Source of the DNA: an uncultured Candidatus Saccharibacteria bacterium
GTDB taxonomy: Bacteria; Patescibacteriota; Minisyncoccia; Phycocordibacterales; SBAW01
DNA: 64,000 nt
Assembly (NCBI GenBank): GCA_964650645.1
Contig: CAZYUH010000001.1
Location: forward strand, 153,873 to 217,872
Reading direction: 5' to 3'
In this document: positions 38,088 to 48,024 of the stretch, in pieces
How the letters are laid out: every line of letters starts with the position of its first letter
How positions within the stretch are numbered: position 1 is the stretch's first letter
The notes under the pieces: generated by a model
What the model saw: the letters and a program-made list of their open reading frames with translations, nothing else
What the model was told of the DNA's origin: nothing
Databases searched by the model: none
Made by a program: the position numbers and the translations under genes

Positions 38088-38849
38088 CTACGCGGTCAAA
38101 ATCTCCGCGCCGTCCTTGGTTATAAGGACCGTATGCTCGGTCTCGGCCGAGCGGCTGCCGTCGGCCGTCACGTACGTCCACTCGTCGTCCAGAAGCTCGA
38201 TATCGCCCGCTCCTTCAGTGAATATGGGCTCTATGGCAAGCACGAGGCCTTCTTCAAGGACATGACCCTTGCCCGCCGTGCCCGTGTTGGGCACGAACGG
38301 CGGCTCGTGCGGGACGCGGCCCAGCGAGTGGCCGCCCAAATCCTCGACGACGCCGAGGCCGCGCTTCTTCGCGACCGCCTCAATCGCGGCGCCGATGTCG
38401 CCCGTGCGCGCGCCCGGGCGGGCGGCCTTGAGCGCCGCCCTGAACGCCTCCTCGGTCGCCTTGATGAGCGCCTTCCCCTTCTCGTCGCAGGCGCCCGCGC
38501 ACACCGTCGTGGCCATATCGGCGAAGTAGCCGTTAAGCGAAAGCCCTAAATCGAGCATGACCAAGTCGCCTTCTTCTATAATGCGGTCCTCCGAGGGGAT
38601 GCCGTGCACGACCTCGTCGTTTATGGACACGCACAGCGCGGCCGGGAACGCGTAGGACGCGCCCTCGGGCTTGTAGTTTAAAAACGCGGGCGCGGCCCGG
38701 CGCTCGCGGATGAACGCCTCGGCAGCCAGGTCGAGCGCCGAGGTAGCCACGCCGGGCTTCACAAGCGCCGCGGCATGGCGCAAGGCCTCGGCGAGCAGCT
38801 TCCCCGCCGCGCGCAGGCCCTCGATCTCTTCTTGAGTCTTCGCAATCAT
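38088..38849 (-). CDS. map: Methionine aminopeptidase type I
   Basis: ORF trimmed to MIAKTQEEIEGLRAAG. Metal-ligand blocks VSINDEVVHGIP, DLGLSLNGYFADMA, HSLGRVPHE, EPIFTEG and the EHTVLIT context. Confidence 0.85.
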   Translation of the reverse strand: MIAKTQEEIEGLRAAGKLLAEALRHAAALVKPGVATSALDLAAEAFIRERRAAPAFLNYKPEGASYAFPAALCVSINDEVVHGIPSEDRIIEEGDLVMLDLGLSLNGYFADMATTVCAGACDEKGKALIKATEEAFRAALKAARPGARTGDIGAAIEAVAKKRGLGVVEDLGGHSLGRVPHEPPFVPNTGTAGKGHVLEEGLVLAIEPIFTEGAGDIELLDDEWTYVTADGSRSAETEHTVLITKDGAEILTA

Positions 38850-39415
38850 AGTCCGAGGGCCTCCAGCACCTTCTTGTGCACGTTCTCCACCGTATCCATG
38901 CCGCTCACCTCGACCAGGACGCCCTTCTCGCGGAACAGCTCTATGGCGAGCGCGGTGTGCTCCTCGTACTCGACCAGGCGGCGGTCGACCGTGTCGGACT
39001 CGTCGTCGGAGCGACCCTCGACGAGCTTGCGCTCGGCGATGCGGCGGTCCACCTCTTCGTCGGGGATGTTGAGGAACACCGCCTTGTAGGGGCGCTCGAG
39101 CCAGCGGGCCGTCTCGTCGAACGCCCGCGCCTCGTGCAGCCTGCGGCACGCGCCCTCGAACACGATAGTCTCCTGCGGCGCGAGCTCCAGCAGGGCCCCG
39201 ACGAACAGGTGCGAGGAGAACCAGTTGGGCAGGAGCTCGCCGCGGTCGATAGTGCAGCGTATCTTCTCCGCCACGTAGCCGCTCCCGCGCGCCATCTCGC
39301 GGAAGCGGTTCCCCGAGGAGTAGATGTCGCACCCGAGCTTCTGGGCGAGCAATTTGCCCTGCGTCCCCTTCCCGCTCCCGGGCCGGCCCATCATGACGAA
39401 TGTATGCGTGTCCAT
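38846..39415 (-). CDS. adk: Adenylate kinase (divergent)
   Basis: GRPGSGKGTQGKLLAQKLG P-loop; located between secY and map as in spc/alpha operons. Confidence 0.7.
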   Translation of the reverse strand: MDTHTFVMMGRPGSGKGTQGKLLAQKLGCDIYSSGNRFREMARGSGYVAEKIRCTIDRGELLPNWFSSHLFVGALLELAPQETIVFEGACRRLHEARAFDETARWLERPYKAVFLNIPDEEVDRRIAERKLVEGRSDDESDTVDRRLVEYEEHTALAIELFREKGVLVEVSGMDTVENVHKKVLEALGL

Positions 39416-39462
39416 ATGCTACACAATAGCAGGATTATGAAGAAGGCGCCCGAGGGGCGCTT

Positions 39463-40731
39463 CTAGTATTCCCTGATGGAAAGCTGGGCGTCTATGCGCC
39501 GCGCGATGTCGAGGACTACCGACACGACGATGAGGAGGCCGGTGCCGCCTATGGCGAGGTTCTGGATGCCGGTCAGGTTCTGCACCGCTATAGGCAGGAC
39601 CGCGATGACGCCCAAAAAGAGCGCTCCTACGAACGTGATGCGGGTTATGGTACGGGCGAGGTAGTCGCTGGTGTGGCCGCCGGGGCGGATGCCCGGGATG
39701 AACGCGCCGTTGCGCTGGAGGTTCTCGGCTATCTGGGTGGGCTCGAAGGTGACCGCCGTGTAGAAGTAGGTAAAGAGGAACACGAGCACGAAGTAGATGC
39801 CGCCGTAGAGCCACTGGTTCTGTATGAAGCCGAGTATCACGGCCGCCGTCGAGGCGAGCCACGGGATGCTCGATGCCTGGAAGAACGTGCCGAACATCTG
39901 CGGCAAGAGGAGGAACGAGAGCGCGAAGATGATGGGGATGACGCCCGCCTGGTTGAGGCGCAGGGGCAGGTAGGTCGAGGCGCCGCCGAAGAACTTCATG
40001 CCGCGCACGCGCTTGGCGTAGGTAACCGGCACGGGGCGCTCAGCCTCGGTAATAGCGACGACCGCCGCGATGACCGCGAGGCCGGCCGCCAGGAACATGA
40101 GGTACATGGGGAGCTGGGCCGCCTCGAACGAGAAGAGCGTCTGGCTTATGGCGGAGGGCAGGCCCGCCACGATGCCCGCGAAGATGACCACCGACACGCC
40201 GTTCCCGAGGCCGTACTCGGAAATGAGCTCGCCAATCCACATAAGGAGCATGGAGCCGGCGATGATTATCATGAGATTGATGCCGAACTGGAAGGGGCTG
40301 AGCGCCGGCAATACGCCCTGGCGCTCGAGGAGTATCAGGAAGCTGATGCCCTGCACGGCGGCGATGGGAAGCGTCAGGAAGCGCGAGTACTGGGCGAATT
40401 TCGTGCGGCCGGCCTCGCCCTCTTCCTGGTACATGGCCTTGAGCTTGGGGCTCATCATGGTCGTAAGCTGCATGACGATGCTCGCGGTGATGTAGGGGCC
40501 CACGCCGAGCATCACCAGGGAAAGGTTGGCGAGGCCGCCGCCCGAGAAGAGGTTCAGGAGGCCGAAGAACTGGTTATTGGCGAGGAAAAGGCTGAGCTGC
40601 GCCGCATCGATGCCGGGAATCGGGATGGCAGAGAGGACGCGCGTCACCGCAAGGGCGCCGGCCACGAACAAGAGCCGGTTGCGCAGTGCCGGGTCGGAGA
40701 GGAGCAGGGAGAGTTTCTGGAAAGGGTTCAT
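39463..40731 (-). CDS. secY: Preprotein translocase subunit SecY
   Basis: 422 aa, 10 TM, canonical SecY blocks. Follows rplO. Confidence 0.9.
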   Translation of the reverse strand: MNPFQKLSLLLSDPALRNRLLFVAGALAVTRVLSAIPIPGIDAAQLSLFLANNQFFGLLNLFSGGGLANLSLVMLGVGPYITASIVMQLTTMMSPKLKAMYQEEGEAGRTKFAQYSRFLTLPIAAVQGISFLILLERQGVLPALSPFQFGINLMIIIAGSMLLMWIGELISEYGLGNGVSVVIFAGIVAGLPSAISQTLFSFEAAQLPMYLMFLAAGLAVIAAVVAITEAERPVPVTYAKRVRGMKFFGGASTYLPLRLNQAGVIPIIFALSFLLLPQMFGTFFQASSIPWLASTAAVILGFIQNQWLYGGIYFVLVFLFTYFYTAVTFEPTQIAENLQRNGAFIPGIRPGGHTSDYLARTITRITFVGALFLGVIAVLPIAVQNLTGIQNLAIGGTGLLIVVSVVLDIARRIDAQLSIREY

Positions 40732-40773
40732 GGGCTAACGGGCGAACGAAGGCGAACCGGGGACGGAGGAAGG

Positions 40774-41220
40774 TTACGCGACCGAACCGCCCGCCTTCTC
40801 TATCTTCTCACGGGCGGAGCCGGACACGGCGCAGCCGGTAACCACGAGCTTCTTGGACAGCTCGCCGGTGCCGAGGATTTTTACGACGGCCTTCTTCCCG
40901 CGACGGGCCTGCACGACCCCGCGCTCCTGGAGGGTGGCAGGGTTGACCGCATCGCCCGCGGCGAATACCGCCTCGAGCGCGGACACGTTGACCACCGAGG
41001 GCTTGTCCTGGATGCTCGTGAGGCCGTGTATGCCGCGGCCGCGGAGCTTCGGAAGCTTCTTAAGCTGCTCGCGCACCTCGGGGCGCTTCTTGTGGCCGGC
41101 GCGGGCGTTCTGGCCCTTGGTGCCGCGCCCGGAGGTCTTGCCCTTGCCGGATGCGCGGCCGCGGCCGATGCGCTTGGAGGCTTTCTGCGGCGTTTTGCGT
41201 TGTAGTTCGTGGAGCTGCAT
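40774..41220 (-). CDS. rplO: 50S ribosomal protein L15
   Basis: GRGRASGKGKTSGRGTKGQ motif. Directly follows rpsE with no rpmD between them. Confidence 0.85.
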   Translation of the reverse strand: MQLHELQRKTPQKASKRIGRGRASGKGKTSGRGTKGQNARAGHKKRPEVREQLKKLPKLRGRGIHGLTSIQDKPSVVNVSALEAVFAAGDAVNPATLQERGVVQARRGKKAVVKILGTGELSKKLVVTGCAVSGSAREKIEKAGGSVA

Positions 41221-41225
41221 AGGAT

Positions 41226-41840
41226 TTAAGCTTTGAGGGTCTTAAGGGCCTCGACGGCGGCGCGGGCGTTATTGAGGCCGTTCTTGGAGCCCGAGTGCAC
41301 CTTTGCGACGATGTTGGAGATGCCGGCGAGCTCGAGGACCGGGCGCACGGAGGAGCCTGCGACGAGGCCGCGGCCGCGGGCCGGCATGAGGGTCACGCGC
41401 GAGGCGTTGAACTTGGCCGACACCTCGTGCGGGATCGAATTGTCCTTGGTGAGCGCGAGCGTGATCATGTGCTTCTTGGCGTCGCGGGTCGCCTTGTCTA
41501 TGGCGAGCGTGGTGTCCCCCGCCTTGCCGAGGCCGACGCCGACGCGGCCCTTCTTGTTGCCGATGATGATGGCGACCGAGAACGAGAAGCGGCGGCCGCC
41601 GGCGACCACGCGGGACACGCGGCGGATGGTGATCATCTTGGAATCGAACTCGCTCTTCTGGCGCGGAGGGCGCGGGCCGCGGCGGTCCGAGCCGGGGCGG
41701 CCTCCGGGGCGGCCGCCGCGCATGCCGCCGCGCGCGCCTGCGCGCGGTCCGCGCGCCGGGGAGGCGGCAGGAGCAACAGCCCCTGCAGCGGGAGCCTCGG
41801 GTGCCGGAGCGGTCGTCGTTGTGTTCAGTTCTTCAGCCAT
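41226..41840 (-). CDS. rpsE: 30S ribosomal protein S5 (Ala/Pro/Gly-rich N-terminal extension)
   Basis: ITIRRVSRVVAGGRRFSFSVAIIIGNKKGRVGVGLGKA ... S5 core. Confidence 0.9.
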   Translation of the reverse strand: MAEELNTTTTAPAPEAPAAGAVAPAASPARGPRAGARGGMRGGRPGGRPGSDRRGPRPPRQKSEFDSKMITIRRVSRVVAGGRRFSFSVAIIIGNKKGRVGVGLGKAGDTTLAIDKATRDAKKHMITLALTKDNSIPHEVSAKFNASRVTLMPARGRGLVAGSSVRPVLELAGISNIVAKVHSGSKNGLNNARAAVEALKTLKA

Positions 41841-41864
41841 ATCTTTATTCAGTCGGGCGATGCA

Positions 41865-42170
41865 TTAAAATTTCAAGCCGCCCTCGCGCGCCGCGTCGGC
41901 GAGCACCGCTATCGCGCCAGTATAGCGGAACCCGCCGCGGTCGAACACCACCGCAGTGACGCCCTTCGCCTTGGCGGCCTTCGCTATCTCCTCGCCCGCC
42001 TTCTTGGCGTCGGCGATCTTGATGCTCGCGAGCGTCATGCCCTTGGTGTCGTCGATGACCTGCGCCTCGAGGTAGCGGTTGGACTTGTAGACGCACAGGC
42101 GGGGGCGCTCGGCGGTACCCGAGACCTTGGCGCGTATGCGGTTGTGGCGGCGTGTGCGGTTAGTGTCCAT
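41865..42170 (-). CDS. rplR: 50S ribosomal protein L18
   Basis: [34 protein letters not shown]. Confidence 0.85.
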   Translation of the reverse strand: MDTNRTRRHNRIRAKVSGTAERPRLCVYKSNRYLEAQVIDDTKGMTLASIKIADAKKAGEEIAKAAKAKGVTAVVFDRGGFRYTGAIAVLADAAREGGLKF

Positions 42171-42178
42171 ACGTTAAT

Positions 42179-42712
42179 TTATGCGGCCTTCTTGCCCTGC
42201 TTGCGGCGTATCACCTCGCCCTCGTAGCGGATGCCCTTGCCCTTGTACGGCTCCGGCTTCTTGAGGGCGCGGATGTTAGCGGCGAACTGGCCCACGGCCT
42301 CCTTGTCGAAGCCCGAGACCGTAAGCGCGTTCTTCTCGGCGACGACGGCAAGGCCCTCGGGGATGTCGACCACGACCGGGTGGCTGAAGCCGAGCGCGAG
42401 CTTGAGGGTCTTGCCCTGCACCTCCCACTTGAAGCCGACGCCCTCGACCAGGAGCTTCTTTGAGAAGCCCTCGGTGACGCCCTTGAGCATGTTGCGCACG
42501 TGGCTGGCGTACGTGCCGACCGCCGCGCGCGACTCGATGGACGCGCCCTTGCGCGCGACCTGCACGCCCTCCGCGCCGACCTCGATGGTGACGAAGCGGC
42601 TGAGGGGCTTCTGAAGGGTGCCCTTGGGGCCCTTGACCACGAAGCTGTCCCCCGAGACGGTTATCTCGGCCTGGGCGGGTATGGCGATGGGGCGTTTAGC
42701 GAGGCGTGACAT
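42179..42712 (-). CDS. rplF: 50S ribosomal protein L6
   Basis: MSRLAKRPIAIPAQAEITVSGDSFVVKGPKGTLQ. Confidence 0.9.
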   Translation of the reverse strand: MSRLAKRPIAIPAQAEITVSGDSFVVKGPKGTLQKPLSRFVTIEVGAEGVQVARKGASIESRAAVGTYASHVRNMLKGVTEGFSKKLLVEGVGFKWEVQGKTLKLALGFSHPVVVDIPEGLAVVAEKNALTVSGFDKEAVGQFAANIRALKKPEPYKGKGIRYEGEVIRRKQGKKAA

Positions 42713-42717
42713 AGTGG

Positions 42718-43101
42718 TTACCAGATTTCGAACAGGGCTTCTCCGCCGACGCGCATCTGACGCGCCTCCTTGCCGGTAAGGACGCCGGCCGGGGTCGAAA
42801 GGACCAGGAGGCCGTGGCCGCGCTTGACGGGCTGGACGTCGCGCACGCCCATGTACATGCGGCGCGAGGGCTTGGAGATGCGCTTGACGCCGTTTATGGC
42901 CGGGCGGCCTGCCGCGGTGTAGGAGAGGCCCACGACGAGGGTGTTGTTCCTCTTGGAGACCTGGGTGAGGTAGCCCTCGCGCTCGAGGATCTTCGCGATG
43001 GCGCTCTTGATGCCCGAGAACGGCAAGGACACGGTGGAATGGCCCACCATGGAGGCGTTCTGAAGGCGAACCAGGAAGTCTGCGATAGGGTCGTTTACCA
43101 T
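42718..43101 (-). CDS. rpsH: 30S ribosomal protein S8
   Basis: MVNDPIADFLVRLQNASMVGH. Confidence 0.9.
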   Translation of the reverse strand: MVNDPIADFLVRLQNASMVGHSTVSLPFSGIKSAIAKILEREGYLTQVSKRNNTLVVGLSYTAAGRPAINGVKRISKPSRRMYMGVRDVQPVKRGHGLLVLSTPAGVLTGKEARQMRVGGEALFEIW

Positions 43102-43105
43102 AGGA

Positions 43106-43291
43106 TTACCAGGAAGATTTGCGGACGCCCGGGATGAGGCCCTCGTTGGCCGCCTCGCGGAAGCACACGCGGCACATGCCGAAGTCGCGCATGAACGCGC
43201 GGGCGCGGCCGCAGCGGAAGCAGCGGCGCACGACCCGGGACTTGAACTTCGGGGCGCGATTCGAGCGTACGACGGTAGATTTCTTTGCCAT
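43106..43291 (-). CDS. rpsZ: 30S ribosomal protein S14 type Z (zinc-binding)
   Basis: 61 aa; [20 protein letters not shown] has the four-Cys motif. Confidence 0.9.
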   Translation of the reverse strand: MAKKSTVVRSNRAPKFKSRVVRRCFRCGRARAFMRDFGMCRVCFREAANEGLIPGVRKSSW

Positions 43292-43485
43292 TTGTGGATG
43301 TTTTGCCCGGAACCCGGTCCGGGATACTCCCTTGCCTAGGAGTTACGATTCTGGAGGTATGCCTCGCCCGAAGACTAAGCGGCACCTGGCAGAAAAAAGG
43401 AGCCCTACTGGGCGTGGGGCTACTGTAGCATAGCCGCTACGCGAGCGCAAACGACACGTCTTCTGAGGCCTTCAGCTCCGGTTCA

Positions 43486-43520
43486 TTGACACGCTTGTTT
43501 TTTTAGGTTAATTTTTAAAA
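43486..43520 (+). promoter_or_regulatory. Sigma70-like promoter for the inserted gene cluster
   Basis: TTGACA, 17-nt spacer, TAATTT, in an AT-rich stretch; then RBS AAAGGAG and TTG start at 43548. Confidence 0.4.
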
Positions 43521-43547
43521 AGACACGTAGCACGAAAGGAGCATTGC

Positions 43548-43784
43548 TTGCCGACAGAACCATCCCTCCCCTACGGAGAGAACGTATGCCTGGACACACT
43601 GGCGACCAGGATGACGTACGTCGGTCTCAAGACCATATACGACTGCCGGGCCGAAAATAACCCGTCAAAGCCGATTCCTCCGGACGAGAGGATTTCCAAG
43701 CTTGCGGCGTTCCTCAAGAAACGCTCCATACGGAACGGCCCCGATAATTATCTGGGCAGTGCCGATATTAAAAACGTAGCGTAG
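43548..43784 (+). CDS. Small hypothetical protein (78 aa, TTG start)
   Basis: Strong RBS AAAGGAG 8 nt upstream of TTG. No family recognised. Confidence 0.4.
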   Translation: MPTEPSLPYGENVCLDTLATRMTYVGLKTIYDCRAENNPSKPIPPDERISKLAAFLKKRSIRNGPDNYLGSADIKNVA

Positions 43785-43999
43785 TACCTTCCACATTTCC
43801 CGTTGGGGGTCCTCCAGGACTCCCCGACAGCCCGCCTTGCATATGTCCTCCGCCCCCGACAACAGCAAGGCGGGTTTTTTCTTTTGCGCGGCGCGCGGCC
43901 GGCCCGCAGCGCGCTCATTGACTCAATGTAACTTTTAGTGTCTAGTACCACGCAGTTGCGTACATCATCCGTTCATCCGTACATCCCAAGGAGGGCGTT

Positions 44000-44506
44000 G
44001 TGGCCGTCATCATTCGCATTACCCGCGATTCCGACCCTGAAGAGACCGAAAGAAAGAAGGAGCGCCCGCCCGAGCTGCCCGTAGCGCTCCCGGCGGCGAT
44101 CATGGTACTCATCATCACGTTCTTCTGCGTCACCGCATGCGTGCAGATGTGGGACAAAGGGGCCAAGAACCCCTACGCCCTCTGCGCGCTCCTGTCCCCT
44201 CTTGCCGTTGCCGTCTTCGCCATAGCGTTCTCTTTGGCCGGCCCGGCACGAAAGGCCGCACGGCCGGCGCCGGAACGCCGTCCCGTCAGGGCGGCCATGG
44301 CGCTCCTGTTCGCCCTGGCCTGCGCAGCAGGGTGCGCGCTCATCGCGATTGAGGTGGACTGGAGCAGGGCGCTGAAGAGCTGGGACTGGATTCCGTACGC
44401 TCTGCTGTGCGCGGGACTGGCCCTAATCGCCGTGCAGCTGCTCAACAGCAGCCTCACTTGGTACCAGGGACCCCCGCAAAGCGAGAGGCGCCGCAAGCGC
44501 GTGTAA
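44000..44506 (+). CDS. Hypothetical membrane protein (168 aa, GTG start)
   Basis: RBS AAGGAGG before GTG. Four hydrophobic helices. Confidence 0.45.
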   Translation: MAVIIRITRDSDPEETERKKERPPELPVALPAAIMVLIITFFCVTACVQMWDKGAKNPYALCALLSPLAVAVFAIAFSLAGPARKAARPAPERRPVRAAMALLFALACAAGCALIAIEVDWSRALKSWDWIPYALLCAGLALIAVQLLNSSLTWYQGPPQSERRRKRV

Positions 44507-44625
44507 GCAAGGCGCCAAAGGCCCGGAGCGATGCTCCGGGCCTTTTTCTTTGGACACCGCCCGGTTGCGCGTGCGCAAATACTGGCGCATGATTGCCCAA
44601 GACGCCCCTTACAGGAGTATCCGCC

Positions 44626-45078
44626 ATGAAAGCGCTTGCCGTACTGCTTGCCGTATTCATAAGCAAAGCCGCGCCCATAGAGCTGTGGAGGACGCCCTTG
44701 CCCAGCACGCTGGTCGAGATCCGGCTCGCCAAGGACCGGCGCTTCTACGCCCCGACCCCGCTCTATTTCAAGAACCTCCAGCTAGGCTGCGCGCTGGTAG
44801 CGAAAAGCCTCTCTGAAATTGCGGACTGCCAGCGCCTGGTCAAGGATATCGCAAGGCTGTCCTCGTTCATGGTCGCGGAAGCGATTCATGCGGATAAGCT
44901 GCGAAACTGGGGCCTGCTGGGGGTATCGGACAGCTGGAGCCTGCGCGCGCTGGAGAAAGCCGCCCTTGAAGCGGCCGACAAGAGCGCGGCACCCGCCGAA
45001 CGCTCGTTCGACGAGCTCCTCAGGCGCTACCCCTCCCTCCCCGCCTTCGGCCGCCTGCCGAAGCGCAGGGAGGCATAA
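44626..45078 (+). CDS. Hypothetical secreted protein (150 aa)
   Basis: RBS AGGAG before MKALAVLLAVFISKAAP signal peptide. Followed by terminator 45081..45115. Confidence 0.45.
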   Translation: MKALAVLLAVFISKAAPIELWRTPLPSTLVEIRLAKDRRFYAPTPLYFKNLQLGCALVAKSLSEIADCQRLVKDIARLSSFMVAEAIHADKLRNWGLLGVSDSWSLRALEKAALEAADKSAAPAERSFDELLRRYPSLPAFGRLPKRREA

Positions 45079-45080
45079 CG

Positions 45081-45115
45081 AAAGCCCGCGCCCAGCAAGC
45101 GCGGGCGCTTTCTTG
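45081..45115 (+). terminator. Intrinsic terminator
   Basis: GCCCGCGC-CCAGCAA-GCGCGGGC followed by GCTTTCTTGC. Confidence 0.5.
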
Positions 45116-45214
45116 CACGCACCATCGGCGCAGTTGACAGTACGAATCTATGGGTGTGTAATGGCAACCGGACGCCGCAACTATTCGTACTAACCGCACG
45201 CCTCAGGAGGGCGC

Positions 45215-45493
45215 ATGGATACCGACGAGCCTACTCTCTGCCAGAAGATAGCCATAACGCTCCCGCTCGCCATCGCCTGCATCATGACAATGCTACCGTT
45301 AGGAAGCGCTGCCTGGTACGGGAGATGGTACGGGGCATGGAGCGAAACGGATTGGGAGCCCCTAGACCGTATTATTTTCGCGACAGCATGCCTGACGGTC
45401 CCCGTTTGCGGGACCTATGCGTGGAAGTACCTTATCGCCAAATGCCGCGAAGCAAACTGCCGCAAGGCCAAGTACTACAGGCAGTACCAGTAG
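45215..45493 (+). CDS. Small hypothetical membrane protein (92 aa)
   Basis: RBS AGGAGG before the ATG. Trp/Tyr-rich with Cys pairs. Followed by terminator 45518..45552. Confidence 0.4.
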   Translation: MDTDEPTLCQKIAITLPLAIACIMTMLPLGSAAWYGRWYGAWSETDWEPLDRIIFATACLTVPVCGTYAWKYLIAKCREANCRKAKYYRQYQ

Positions 45494-45517
45494 CATCCGC
45501 CCCCGCAGCGGAACCCG

Positions 45518-45552
45518 AAAGCCCCGGACAAGTCCGGGGCTTCTTTATTTCG
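45518..45552 (+). terminator. Intrinsic terminator
   Basis: GCCCCGGACAAGTCCGGGGC followed by TTCTTTATTT. Confidence 0.55.
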
Positions 45553-45641
45553 CTCGCATCAGCTGATGCTTCCGCTTTTCGCGCTTTAAAATCTAGGCTT
45601 TCTTGAACGGGAAGCGCGGGCGGAAAGGGTCCGGGCTTTTC

Positions 45642-46991
45642 TTATTCTTTTTCGCCTGCCGGGAGTATCCCTTGGCGCTGCCACCGCTGCCACGCCACCT
45701 CCTTGTTGCGCGCCATGCCCCACAGCGAGCGGAAAATCGCATTAATCTCGACCAGGGCCATTACATACGACAAGACCCAAGCGATAGGCGTCAGCAGGAG
45801 GAGCTTCAGGTCGTGCTCGCGCTCAAACGCGAAGACAATGAGCGCCATAAAGGCCGACAGCGCCATGATCATAAAAAAGGGCGCGAAGTTGTGCGTCATG
45901 GTGCCTATCGCGTAGAACGCGAGCAGGAAGAGCGGCTCGAATATGAGCACGATATCTCCCAGTAGCGCGATGGGCAGGACCAGCCAGCTCAGCGCCTTGC
46001 CGTGCCTGCGGTCGGCGCTGAAGAAGAGCGCCTTATGCTCCCTGAAGGTATCGATGCGGCCGCGCTTCCACCGCAGGCGCTGCTTCATGAGGCCGCCGAG
46101 GTCGCTTGCGCCTTCCGTGTAGATGACCGCCCGATCGGCGTACACTATCCTCATCCCCGCGCGCTGTATGCGCACCGACAGGTCTATGTCCTCGGTAATA
46201 TGCTTTTCATTGTACGGGCCGACCGCGTCGAACACCTCCCTGCGGAAGGCGCCTCCCGCGCCGCCGATGATGTAGATCGAATTGAGCACGGAGTCCGCTT
46301 TCTTGAAGTAGAAGGAGAGCGCGAATTCGAGGTACTGGACCATGGAAAGGAAGGAGCCCGGATTCCCTATCTTCACGTTGGCGACCGCGGCCATGACGGA
46401 CGGATCGGCGAAGCATGACACGATGCGCCCGACAGCCTCGCGATCGACCACGCAGTCCGCATCGACCGACATTATGATATCGCCGCTCGCGAGCGCTATG
46501 CCGAAATTGAGCGCGCTTCCCTTCCCGCCGTTTTCCTTGTAGCGGTACACCAGCCGCGCAGGATCGCCCCCGCGGCTCGCGTTAAAGCGCTCGGCATACC
46601 GGGTCATGATGGCGTCAGAGCGGTCGGTGGACCCGTCGTTTACCACTAGTATCTCCAGGTTCCGATACGTGCTCTTAAGCAGCGAGTCGACGGTGCCGAC
46701 AATGCCGACTTCCTCGTTCCAGGCGGGTATGACGACCGAGACGAGCGGGGCGTAGGGGCGGGTCAGGCGCGGGCGCGAGGACTCATGCCACGGGCTCACC
46801 ATGAGGTAGAAGAAGTAACGGAACACCTGAATAAACGCGAGCGCGACGATGGCGTTGGCAAACCACAGAAGCGGGCCTAGTTCAACCTGAACGCGCTCAG
46901 CCGAAATGGCATAGGCTATGAGCCCGAGCGTTATCGCATACAGAACAGCATAGGGCATCCCCCGCCGGGCAACAGCAAGCAGCGCGCGCAT
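45642..46991 (-). CDS. Processive family-2 glycosyltransferase (PgaC/cellulose/chitin-synthase-like)
   Basis: 449 aa membrane protein; DGSTD, DADC and QRLRWKRG (QxxRW) motifs. Confidence 0.75.
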   Translation of the reverse strand: MRALLAVARRGMPYAVLYAITLGLIAYAISAERVQVELGPLLWFANAIVALAFIQVFRYFFYLMVSPWHESSRPRLTRPYAPLVSVVIPAWNEEVGIVGTVDSLLKSTYRNLEILVVNDGSTDRSDAIMTRYAERFNASRGGDPARLVYRYKENGGKGSALNFGIALASGDIIMSVDADCVVDREAVGRIVSCFADPSVMAAVANVKIGNPGSFLSMVQYLEFALSFYFKKADSVLNSIYIIGGAGGAFRREVFDAVGPYNEKHITEDIDLSVRIQRAGMRIVYADRAVIYTEGASDLGGLMKQRLRWKRGRIDTFREHKALFFSADRRHGKALSWLVLPIALLGDIVLIFEPLFLLAFYAIGTMTHNFAPFFMIMALSAFMALIVFAFEREHDLKLLLLTPIAWVLSYVMALVEINAIFRSLWGMARNKEVAWQRWQRQGILPAGEKE

Positions 46992-47187
46992 TCTTATTCT
47001 TTGCTGAGATGGCGCGCCATCTTGCTCGCGACATTGGAAAGCACTACGCCCATCATGCCGAATTCTATTAATTTCACAGTTATATCAAACATAGGCATAT
47101 TTTGCGGATCCTTCAGGAAATAAGACGGCTGAGCGCTGTCCCGCTTACCTCCCAATCGGACATCTCAGGGGCGGGATCCGGCCAGGC

Positions 47188-47229
47188 AAATAAAAACAGC
47201 CTTAATCCAAGGAGCAAGGCTGTTTTTGC
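47188..47229 (-). terminator. Intrinsic terminator after rplE (operon split point)
   Basis: Minus-strand hairpin CAGCCTT-...-AAGGCTG followed by TTTTTATTT, immediately after the L5 stop. Confidence 0.55.
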
Positions 47230-47234
47230 AATGC

Positions 47235-47783
47235 TTATTTCTTGAAAGGAAAGCCGAGGTGGGCCAGATAGGCCTTGGCCTCCGCCTTGCTCTTGGCGGT
47301 AGTGACGACCGTCACCGCCATGCCGAAGACGTCCCTGATGTCCTCGTCGGCGGTCTCGGGGAACACCGAGTGCTCCTTGATGCCGAGCGTGTAGTTGCCC
47401 ATATCGTCAACGGAGCTGGCGCTGATGCCCTTGAAGTCCTTGGTGCGCGGCAAAGCAACATGGATGAGGCGGTTGAGGAAGTCCTCGGCGCGCTTGCCGC
47501 GCAGGGTGACCTGGTAGCCCACCTTGTCGCCGATGCGGGTCTTGTAGGTGGCGATGGCCTTCTTGGCGCCGCGCACGACCGGCTTCTGACCCGTGATGCG
47601 TCCCAGGCGCTCGGCGACGAGCTCCACCTTGTTCTTGTCCTTCGCCATCTTGCCAACGCCAACGGACACGACGACCTTGGCCACCTTGGGGGTCTGCATG
47701 ACATTGCTCCAACCCAAGTCCCCCTTGAGCGTATCAAAGGTCTTCTTCTGGTTGTCCTGGATGAGGGGGGTCTTGTGTGCCAT
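47235..47783 (-). CDS. rplE: 50S ribosomal protein L5
   Basis: Canonical L5 (182 aa). Confidence 0.9.
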   Translation of the reverse strand: MAHKTPLIQDNQKKTFDTLKGDLGWSNVMQTPKVAKVVVSVGVGKMAKDKNKVELVAERLGRITGQKPVVRGAKKAIATYKTRIGDKVGYQVTLRGKRAEDFLNRLIHVALPRTKDFKGISASSVDDMGNYTLGIKEHSVFPETADEDIRDVFGMAVTVVTTAKSKAEAKAYLAHLGFPFKK

Positions 47784-47788
47784 ACGAT

Positions 47789-48016
47789 TTACTTCTTGAG
47801 GGCTACCTTGCTTGCGTGTATCGGGTGCTGCTTCTTGACTATCTGGCCCGCCTGGCCGGCGCGGCGCGGCTTCTGGTGCTTGGTACGCATCCCGATGCCT
47901 TCCACCACCACCATGCCGAGCTTGGGGTACGCGCGGGTCACCTTGCCGGACTTGCCCTTCTCGTTGCCCGAGAGGATGACTACCGTGTCGCCTTTCTTAA
48001 CGTGGATCTTGTTCAT
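47789..48016 (-). CDS. rplX: 50S ribosomal protein L24
   Basis: MNKIHVKKGDTVVILSGNEKGKSGKV. Confidence 0.9.
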   Translation of the reverse strand: MNKIHVKKGDTVVILSGNEKGKSGKVTRAYPKLGMVVVEGIGMRTKHQKPRRAGQAGQIVKKQHPIHASKVALKK

Positions 48017-48024
48017 ACAGGTGG

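Noticed and set aside
39673-41205. 510-aa + strand ORF
   Set aside because: Antisense shadow of secY and rplO.
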